Assembly: GCA_018817585.1 (NCBI GenBank)
Contig: JAHITE010000081.1
Span: 4,549-68,548, forward strand
Direction of reading: 5' to 3'
DNA length: 64,000 nt
DNA from: Candidatus Omnitrophota bacterium
GTDB lineage: Bacteria; Omnitrophota; Gorgyraeia; B26-G9
Positions 19,014 through 26,749 of this stretch are shown here, in pieces (position 1 is the first letter of the stretch; every line of letters begins with the position of its first letter). The position numbers and the translations under genes were made by a program. The notes below the pieces were generated by a model. That model saw only the letters and a program-made list of their open reading frames with translations. It had not been told where the DNA came from and made no database searches.

Positions 19014-20258
19014 ATTCCAAAACCCCACATTCTTTGACCAGGAAATATTAGTAAATTCATCAGCGATAACCGCTATCTTCTCTTTAGTTTTTCCATCGGA
19101 GCTCATTATCCAGAGCTGCGCGGTATTATCCTGATTGTATAACGGCAGAACTAAACTGAATATTTTACCTTCATTGATCCATTCCGGCCTTTTAGCCGCA
19201 GTCGGAATCTGAATTTCCTCACTACCATCGGCATTCATCACCGTGATTCCTTCGGATTCAAAAGCGATTTTATTATTTACTGACCAATCAAGCATCCCGG
19301 TTTTCGGATTATCAAAAGAAAGTTTTTTAATTTCTAAAGAATATATATCTCCTACCCAAATATTATTTTCACCGGAAAACGCGATCTTTGTCCCTCCGGG
19401 TGACCAGGCGAAATTCCCTTTGCAGCCCAGGTCATCAGAAGTAAGCTTACGCAAATCTTTGCCATCCTGATTCATAATCCAGATCTGCCCGGCTCTTAAA
19501 AAAGCCAGGTATAACCCATCGGCTGACCAATTCAGATATTTGATTTTAGTTGGCTCAAAAAAAGATGTCAGTTGGCGAACTATCTTGCTTTTCAAATCAA
19601 CAGTATAAATATTAGCGCATCCGGCATCATTCGTGCCGATAAACGCGATCAGATCAGTTAAAGGATTGGCTTCGGCAAAAGAAGCGTCATAAATCGGATC
19701 TTTTTCCACCAGATTTTCATTAGTCTGACCATTTGTGTCTATTTTCCAAAGCTGTCCTTGATAATCATAAATAATCAGCGTATTATCCAGTGCCCAAACC
19801 GGATGAAAGCCCTTCACCTTTAGTTCTTTAACATTACCGTTAATGCTAATCAGATTAATATTACCATTTGGCCCAATACAGACACCTTGCGCTGGAGTAG
19901 AGAAATAAGTGACAGCTAAAGGAACTCCGTCCTTTGATTTTACATCCGGAGTAAAAGTAACAAAATATGATGTCGAAGCCAGTAAAGGATCATTCGGAGT
20001 AAAAACAAATGTATTATTATCCCAAACAGCCTTACCTCTTATCTCCGGATAGATATTAAAACTTTTACTCACGGCTTTTTTATCCATTCGGGTATTAAAG
20101 GTTATCCTGATCATAGAATCAGTACTGACATCAGTTTGCCCGTATTGCGGAGAAACTGAGACAATCACCGGTATTTGGTTTTCCGCGAAAGCGGTTAAAA
20201 CATTTCCGAGCATTAGTAAAACAATAAAAATAATTATCCGATATTTATTAAATTTCAT
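18999..20258 (-). CDS. Secreted protein: bacterial Ig-like domain plus TolB-like beta-propeller
   Basis: Signal peptide (LTAFA|EN), 'SVSP..GQTDV.....I.ITFN..MD' Ig-like motif, repeated WS.DG/WSPGG and IWIMN.DG propeller motifs. Confidence 0.75.
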   Translation of the reverse strand: MKFNKYRIIIFIVLLMLGNVLTAFAENQIPVIVSVSPQYGQTDVSTDSMIRITFNTRMDKKAVSKSFNIYPEIRGKAVWDNNTFVFTPNDPLLASTSYFVTFTPDVKSKDGVPLAVTYFSTPAQGVCIGPNGNINLISINGNVKELKVKGFHPVWALDNTLIIYDYQGQLWKIDTNGQTNENLVEKDPIYDASFAEANPLTDLIAFIGTNDAGCANIYTVDLKSKIVRQLTSFFEPTKIKYLNWSADGLYLAFLRAGQIWIMNQDGKDLRKLTSDDLGCKGNFAWSPGGTKIAFSGENNIWVGDIYSLEIKKLSFDNPKTGMLDWSVNNKIAFESEGITVMNADGSEEIQIPTAAKRPEWINEGKIFSLVLPLYNQDNTAQLWIMSSDGKTKEKIAVIADEFTNISWSKNVGFWNLFSP

Positions 20259-20285
20259 TTCAATGTTCTCTCTTTTTCTTGGTTG

Positions 20286-21707
20286 CTAAATCCTGCGTAC
20301 TTCCATTATATTTGATAAGAAAAGCTGATTATCTTCTGTAAGCATTACCAGCACAGTATCCTTGGGTTTTACCAATCCGTTTTTTTTTGTCAGTTTAATA
20401 CAATCATCAAGCGTTTTTCCCAGTTTGGCAAACTTCGGCATTAATAAAGGGTACACCCCCCAATACATAATCATTTGCTTTAGCACATTCTGATCAGTCG
20501 TCACGCCGACAATCATCGCCTGAGGCCGGCAGCGGCTAAGCCAGGATATTGCTTTAGCACTGTGTGTGGGCGCAATAATTGCCTGGGCATTTAGCTTATT
20601 GGAAATATTCACTGCTGCCCGGCTAAAAGCGCTGACTAAATTTTCAGTACCTGATTCCGCTAAACTTAATTCTTTTTGTTTCGCGCAGAGTTTCTTCTCA
20701 GCTCGATTAGCAATTTTCAGCATCATCTTAAGGGTTTGCACCGGATATTTACCCACCGCGGTTTCTTCTGAGAGCATCAACGCGTCAGTACCGTCAAGAA
20801 TCGCGTTAGCCACATCAGTAACTTCCGCCCGGGTTGGCTGAGGACTGACAACCATTGATTCAAGCATCTGGGTCGCGGTAATAACCGGCTTACCCACAGC
20901 ATTACATTTTCTAATAATTTCTTTTTGAAGAAAAGGCACATCCTCCAGATCAGCTTCAATCCCCAAATCTCCCCGCGCGACCATAATCGCGTCACTGACA
21001 TTAATAATATTATCAATGTCCTGAAAAGCGACTTTGCGTTCTATTTTTGCCACAACCGAAATATGTTTTTTTCTTTTATTTAAATAATTTTTTGCTTTTA
21101 TAATATCTTTTGCCTGCTGAACAAAAGACACAGCAATAAAATCAACTCCGGCTTCAATACCGTATTTCAAACATTTTAAATCATAAGCAGTCACTGAGCT
21201 CATTTTAAAAAATTGATTTGGACAACTGACTCCTTTGCGCGGATATATCCGGCCGCCGAGCAAAACTGAACAAACCGCCTTTTCCTGATTCGTTGAAATT
21301 ACCTGGAGTTTTACTAAGCCGTCATTCAGATAAACAATATTGTCTTTTTTTAGTTCCTGAATAAAAGCGCTGTGATTAACGCAAACTTCCGAATTTGTCC
21401 CAATAACTTTTCTGCTGGTAAGCGTGAATATCTGCCCCTGATTCAAGTAAATTGATTCTTCAGTTAATTCCCCCAGCCGGATTTTCGGACCAGGGAGATC
21501 CTGGAGTATCGCTACCGGAGATTTAAGTTCCTGGGCAGCTGCTTTTACCAGTTTAATATATTTCACATGATCCGCTGGTTTGCCATGTGAAAAATTAAAT
21601 CTGGCAATGTCCATTCCCGCCAGAATTAATTCTTTGATTACTTTGCGGCTGTTGCAGGCCGGACCGATTGTACAGATTACTTTTGTGCTGTTCCAATACT
21701 CTCTCAT
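20286..21707 (-). CDS. pyk: Pyruvate kinase
   Basis: TKVICTIGPA, RFNFSHG, DLPGPKIR, MVARGDLG, ATQMLESM, DGTDALMLSEETAVG. Start at 21707 overlaps the upstream stop (ATGA). Confidence 0.97.
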   Translation of the reverse strand: MREYWNSTKVICTIGPACNSRKVIKELILAGMDIARFNFSHGKPADHVKYIKLVKAAAQELKSPVAILQDLPGPKIRLGELTEESIYLNQGQIFTLTSRKVIGTNSEVCVNHSAFIQELKKDNIVYLNDGLVKLQVISTNQEKAVCSVLLGGRIYPRKGVSCPNQFFKMSSVTAYDLKCLKYGIEAGVDFIAVSFVQQAKDIIKAKNYLNKRKKHISVVAKIERKVAFQDIDNIINVSDAIMVARGDLGIEADLEDVPFLQKEIIRKCNAVGKPVITATQMLESMVVSPQPTRAEVTDVANAILDGTDALMLSEETAVGKYPVQTLKMMLKIANRAEKKLCAKQKELSLAESGTENLVSAFSRAAVNISNKLNAQAIIAPTHSAKAISWLSRCRPQAMIVGVTTDQNVLKQMIMYWGVYPLLMPKFAKLGKTLDDCIKLTKKNGLVKPKDTVLVMLTEDNQLFLSNIMEVRRI

Positions 21708-22066
21708 ACTTTTCCCCTTGAATAGCGCCAATGTTCATAAGCATAATCTAAAATTCTTTGTCTGTCATCCGGCTCAATCTCATTGATTCTTAAACCCGCG
21801 TCATAATTATAAGTCCAATCCTCAGCACTTTTTCTAATCCAAACAACCTGCCCTTGAGCGAAAATCGGGATTATAGAACCGGGAATCCAAATTTCCAGTT
21901 TTAATAACTGTCCAACCGGAATATTCCGGTTCAGAGAAGCTTTCAAGCCTTCTCGATTAAAATTCATCAACATTACTAAACCGTTCTTAGCGTCTTCAGT
22001 TTGAAAAGTACCTTCTAAAAATGCCCCCAGGCGCAGGTATCTTCTCTTTTCATTATAATCAGTCAT
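21704..22066 (-). CDS. Stand-alone PilZ domain protein
   Basis: EKRRYLR (RxxxR), NFNREG (degenerate D/NxSxxG), G.VVW, AGL. GGAGG SD before ATG 22066. Confidence 0.8.
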   Translation of the reverse strand: MTDYNEKRRYLRLGAFLEGTFQTEDAKNGLVMLMNFNREGLKASLNRNIPVGQLLKLEIWIPGSIIPIFAQGQVVWIRKSAEDWTYNYDAGLRINEIEPDDRQRILDYAYEHWRYSRGKV

Positions 22067-22260
22067 CAAAGCCTCCATAAGAATATATGATCTTAATAAT
22101 TATTTAAACAGCATATACTCCGGTTCAAACTAATCACTTATTTTATCATATCCTCAGGATAAATCAAACAGAAAGCATGAAAAAGTATACTTAGCTGACA
22201 GCTGATGGCTCATGGTTAAAAACAGAGAACAGAAAAAGCAACAAGCAGGAAAAGCTAACC

Positions 22261-22352
22261 GTAGGGGCGCTGCTTGCCTGCGCCCGATTATCAATTATTT
22301 AACCGATTTTAATAATTTATATTATACGGGCCGGGACAAGCACGGCCCCTAC
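22261..22352. repeat. GTAG-type REP doublet (REPIN-like)
   Basis: GTAGGGGCGCTGCTTGCCTGCGCCC ... GGGCCGGGACAAGCACGGCCCCTAC: two inverted GTAG-headed hairpins around an AT-rich spacer. Confidence 0.75.
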
Positions 22353-22385
22353 ATTTCAACTTTACAAACTGCCCCTTCTCATTTT

Positions 22386-24065
22386 TCAGATCTCCAGGCG
22401 CTCAAGGGCTTTACAACCAGCGAATAAAAACCCAAAAATTGTGCTTAAGCCTAAAATCAGGATAAACAAAGTAACCGCTATAATCAGTTTGTCAAAAACA
22501 GTCTGACTGATCTGCTGCGTAACCAGCAAATGAAAAGGCATAGCTAAAGCAGTGACATTAACCGCGATATAAATCAAATTCAATACCAAAGCCAAGGTTC
22601 CGCCGAATCCCGATACAATCGCCGCCGGATTATCTTCTTTAAAATTAGGAAATAAAGCGCCCAGCCCGATACAGATACTGATCAAAGAAAACGACATCAG
22701 CACAACCATAATTCCCGACAATACACTTACCAAGGACGAAACCCTGAGCATATAATTAGAAATTGAAATTAAAGGCAGACTTATGCCCAAAGCAATCAAA
22801 CTGTTCAGCCAAAACTTTTCCAGCAGCAGCGTTTTTTTGTCCACTGGAGCCAATCCGAGAATCCAAAACCGCTTGCCTTCCAAACTAAGCTGGGGAAAAA
22901 CAAACCGCACGGACAAAGAAGCTAAAGTTAAATTAGTTGATGCCAGATTAAGAAAACTAATAATATTTTTCCAAAACGGCAGAACATTCTGATAGCCGAG
23001 ATTGCGGATATTGATAAAATATATAGCCAGCAAACCAAAGAATATGCAAAATTGCGACCACTGCAGCGGATCGCGGCTAAATACCTTGATATCCTTTACA
23101 ATCATTGCCCTGATCGGTAAATCGATAAATTTAAGCCGGCTGAACACTTTTTCCAGTTTACTATTTGCTCCAATATAGGTTTTACGTATTCCCTGAAACC
23201 TGGTGTTTGCCCAACTATCATAGTAAATAAACTTTGCCGCAGCCAAGGCAATGTAGCTAAAAAATAATCCATTGCTGATTAATAACAATAACCAGAATAA
23301 ACTCTGGGAATAATCAGCGGATATTATTTTTAATAAACCTTCGCTGATCCAAAAATTAGGTAAAAATACGCACTGGGTAAATCCAAAATGAGGGATAAAA
23401 TTAGTCAATAAAAACATCACTTCATTTTCTTTGTTTGCCGCGGCTTTACCAGTTAAGATAAGCCCAAAACAACCCGCCACAAACAAAACCACCAGCATCC
23501 AGATCAAATATTTTACCGCCTGCCTGGGAATAAATTTAATTGCCAGCATGGTAAGCAAACAACCCAGAGCTCCGGCAATAACCGCGAAAGGGATAAAAAA
23601 TATGATTAAACTTAAATAAAAAATTAAGCCCAAATCCCTGACCGCGGCATAAGCGCTTAGAATCGGTAAAAGAAAACATAAAAATGTCCAGGAGCTGAGA
23701 ATCATTGAATCAATTAATTTGATAAAATAAATTTCCGTATATTCCAGAGGCAAAGAAAAAAAATAAGCTGTTTCCCGCGCTTTATAAGCACTGGAATAGC
23801 TGATAATGCAATTGGAGAAAATCAGCATTAAAAACAAACCGAGAAACAGTAAGAACAAAAGCCGGTCAATAATCACCAATCCCAGACTGCCCAAAGATTC
23901 AAGGAAAAGAAAAGCTTTGTAGGGCACAAAGAAAATCAGCCAAAACAAACCAATCACCATAAGTCCCACAACAAAGATTTTTAGTTTTGAATGCTGTCCA
24001 ATACTCTGGAGCTTATTGCTTAAAACCCGCAGTCTGGCTGTATAAACATTTTTAAGGATTTCCAT
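22386..24065 (-). CDS. ABC exporter permease (duplicated ABC-2-type membrane domain)
   Basis: About 12 TM segments, KDIKVF.RDP.QWSQ, SLEG..FWI...AP; adjacent to an ABC ATPase. Confidence 0.82.
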   Translation of the reverse strand: MEILKNVYTARLRVLSNKLQSIGQHSKLKIFVVGLMVIGLFWLIFFVPYKAFLFLESLGSLGLVIIDRLLFLLFLGLFLMLIFSNCIISYSSAYKARETAYFFSLPLEYTEIYFIKLIDSMILSSWTFLCFLLPILSAYAAVRDLGLIFYLSLIIFFIPFAVIAGALGCLLTMLAIKFIPRQAVKYLIWMLVVLFVAGCFGLILTGKAAANKENEVMFLLTNFIPHFGFTQCVFLPNFWISEGLLKIISADYSQSLFWLLLLISNGLFFSYIALAAAKFIYYDSWANTRFQGIRKTYIGANSKLEKVFSRLKFIDLPIRAMIVKDIKVFSRDPLQWSQFCIFFGLLAIYFINIRNLGYQNVLPFWKNIISFLNLASTNLTLASLSVRFVFPQLSLEGKRFWILGLAPVDKKTLLLEKFWLNSLIALGISLPLISISNYMLRVSSLVSVLSGIMVVLMSFSLISICIGLGALFPNFKEDNPAAIVSGFGGTLALVLNLIYIAVNVTALAMPFHLLVTQQISQTVFDKLIIAVTLFILILGLSTIFGFLFAGCKALERLEI

Positions 24066-24795
24066 TAATCGTCTCTTCTTGAGTTATTCTTAAAAAAACA
24101 TCTTCCAGTTTGCCCTTTACCCCTGATGAATGGCTGAGCTGCTCAAGACTGCCCAGAGCCAACAGCTTTCCTTTATCAATAATCCCGATCCGGTCAGCCA
24201 GTTCTTCGGCAACACTTAAAGTATGGGTTGATAAAAAAATGGTCACACCTTGCCGCGTTTTTTGTTTTAAAATATCCTTAACCAATCTGCTGGAATGCGG
24301 ATCAAGCCCGACCATGGGCTCATCAATGACCATAACCCGCGGCTCATGCAGTAAAGCGCTGGCAAATACCAGTTTCTGCCGCATACCATGAGAATAATAT
24401 TCAATCAGATTATTTTGAGCGTCTGACAGGCCAAAGGCTGATAATAACTCATCCCTTAACTTCAGCTGTTTTTTTTGGTTTGACTGCGGATACAATTTGA
24501 TTACAAAATCAAGAAATTCACTGCCAGTCAGCTTATCATAAAGAAACGGAAAATCCGGAATATAACTGATCAAAGCTTTGGCTTTCACATAATCTGTCTG
24601 GATATTATGTCCGCAAATATAGGCAGTACCGGTTGAGGGTTTTAACAGTCCGATCAATAGTTTAATTGTAGTTGTTTTACCAGCGGCATTTGGTCCCAGA
24701 AAAGCAAAAAACTCTCCTTGAGGAATTTCCAAATTTAAATTATCCACAGCCAGCAGATTATCAAATTGTTTACTTAAATTCTCGATCTTAATCAT
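24052..24795 (-). CDS. ABC transporter ATP-binding protein
   Basis: Walker A GPNAAGKTT, signature YSHGMRQ, Walker B VIDEPMVGLDP, STH. Confidence 0.95.
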   Translation of the reverse strand: MIKIENLSKQFDNLLAVDNLNLEIPQGEFFAFLGPNAAGKTTTIKLLIGLLKPSTGTAYICGHNIQTDYVKAKALISYIPDFPFLYDKLTGSEFLDFVIKLYPQSNQKKQLKLRDELLSAFGLSDAQNNLIEYYSHGMRQKLVFASALLHEPRVMVIDEPMVGLDPHSSRLVKDILKQKTRQGVTIFLSTHTLSVAEELADRIGIIDKGKLLALGSLEQLSHSSGVKGKLEDVFLRITQEETINGNP

Positions 24796-26297
24796 TGAAA
24801 ATTAATCACCTCCAGCTCAATTTTTCCCAAAACCCGAATAATATCCAATTGCCGTCTAATATCACCCTCCAGCAATTTTATATGCCCGGCATCAGCAATG
24901 TTCTGGCCAAAAGTCGGATCCATATCCAGCCAAACACCGATATAAACACTAACCCAGGCATGATAATAAAACCGGCCGTGGCTATAGACCAGGCCGACAT
25001 TAATTTTAGTGGGAATCCCGATTGACCGGGCCAAAGCAGCGAATAAAACACTATGTTCATTGCAATCACCTTCCCGGGTTTTTAACACATCAACTGCCGA
25101 AGGAATACTAACCACAGGAACTTTAGCGATATTTTTAAACAGCCAATCATTGATTTTCACAGCAGCCAGATAACTATTTTTTTCTTTGTTGATTATTTTC
25201 GCGGCTAGGGCTTTAATCTCTGGAGCATCCGCCTGAATAAACGCGGAAGCATGTTTTAAATCGTTAAATTCATTGATTGGTAAAGCTAAACACTGCTCTT
25301 GATTAATTTTTTCAGCTCTAATTTGCAGGGTTTTAATATTATCCTGGTCATTGAGAATCTTCTGCCGCTGGCTTTTTAGATCAAAATCATCCGGCAGATT
25401 TTTTAAATTAATATTCAGCACTTTCAAAGGTTTATTAGGCAAAGTAATATTCGCGGCAATGGAAACCATTTGCATAAGCTCAATTTCTGATTTTGCCGTT
25501 TCCGAATATACTCTGGTCGCGGCTTCCGGACTTTCCTTGATCAATACCCAGCCTAATCCGGTTTCCTGTTTCAGGATTTCTCCGTCTTGATTAACCCAGG
25601 CCGTCTGTTCAATACCGCGGTATTTGCTTTTTACCCGATAAGCCTTGACATCCTGATTATCATGAACAATAATTTCCTGATCTAGAACATTAACTTCTAA
25701 AGGTTCCAGAGCTAAACTAAAGGGATTAAACACCATCAGATTATAATTATTGCCGATTTCCAGAGAACCAAAAGAACTAAACGGGCTGATAATACTGGCA
25801 ATTAAAAACCCCTGATCCTTGGGCAAAATAATTTTTTTCTCACTAATATTGCCCTGAGAGACAATCTTCACCTTTAGGGTTTGCTTATCGAGCATTTCGC
25901 CAAAAACATTGATTGTATGCGTTCCTGAGGTAAGGTCAAAATCAAAGTTTACCAATTGATAATCAGCATCGACAATTGCCTGGGCATTAAACCAGACTTT
26001 ATTGCGTTTTCGCATTATAAATAAATTCATAAATGTTCGGTTAATTATTCGATAGCCGCTTTTACCTTTTTTAATCATAAAAGGCTCGATCGCGCTATGA
26101 ACAAAACCTACAGGCAGGCTATTAAAATATATGCCCATCCAGGAGTCAGACAACAGCTTATCTTTGGATAAAAAAGTTTTATATCCCGCGGTTTTGTTTT
26201 TAAACACAACTTGCTGCAATATCAATAAGCTAATCATCACCAGCCAAAAGATAATGATAAAACCCGGCAGTATTTTTTTAAGAATTTTCTTATTCAT
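24792..26297 (-). CDS. Membrane-anchored transglutaminase-like (papain-fold) protein
   Basis: N-terminal TM anchor; catalytic triad motifs GDCNEHS, YHAWV, MDPT. Confidence 0.88.
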   Translation of the reverse strand: MNKKILKKILPGFIIIFWLVMISLLILQQVVFKNKTAGYKTFLSKDKLLSDSWMGIYFNSLPVGFVHSAIEPFMIKKGKSGYRIINRTFMNLFIMRKRNKVWFNAQAIVDADYQLVNFDFDLTSGTHTINVFGEMLDKQTLKVKIVSQGNISEKKIILPKDQGFLIASIISPFSSFGSLEIGNNYNLMVFNPFSLALEPLEVNVLDQEIIVHDNQDVKAYRVKSKYRGIEQTAWVNQDGEILKQETGLGWVLIKESPEAATRVYSETAKSEIELMQMVSIAANITLPNKPLKVLNINLKNLPDDFDLKSQRQKILNDQDNIKTLQIRAEKINQEQCLALPINEFNDLKHASAFIQADAPEIKALAAKIINKEKNSYLAAVKINDWLFKNIAKVPVVSIPSAVDVLKTREGDCNEHSVLFAALARSIGIPTKINVGLVYSHGRFYYHAWVSVYIGVWLDMDPTFGQNIADAGHIKLLEGDIRRQLDIIRVLGKIELEVINFQ

Positions 26298-26403
26298 CGA
26301 TGAGCGGCTTTTTTAGCATAAATTCTAAAATAAATTTAAATCTCGATAAAACTCCAATAAGGCTTTATTTGAAAAGATATTTAAAGCTAAATATATTTTA
26401 TGA

Positions 26404-26718
26404 TTAAAAGTCTCCTAAATCAGATTTGTTGACTATTCTGACAAATCGGATGCCAATATCAAATTTATTATCAGCTGTTTGATCTTTTTCCTTATACCAA
26501 ACTACTTCCCCGACCGCATAATAAGGACTGGAAGAACCGGTAATATTCACCTCAATATTTAATTTTGTCCCGATATTTAAAGGCGTATCCGTGGCAATCC
26601 TCAGTCCTCCGGTAGATATATCCTGAGTTTTGGAAAATTCCACAATATCGCTGTTTTCAACTTTCTTTCTGATCGGCATCTCCTGCGCTAATCTGGTAAA
26701 TTTCCTTTTTTCATCCAT
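26404..26718 (-). CDS. Stand-alone PilZ domain protein
   Basis: EKRKFTR (RxxxR), DISTGG (DxSxxG), GEVVW, IGIRF. GAGGAGG SD. Confidence 0.9.
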   Translation of the reverse strand: MDEKRKFTRLAQEMPIRKKVENSDIVEFSKTQDISTGGLRIATDTPLNIGTKLNIEVNITGSSSPYYAVGEVVWYKEKDQTADNKFDIGIRFVRIVNKSDLGDF

Positions 26719-26749
26719 AACCGCCTCCTCTTGTTAAAAAGTTATTAGA

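Noticed and set aside
22212-22427. 71-aa plus-strand ORF
   Set aside because: It runs through the REP doublet and antisense into the permease; it is not protein-like.
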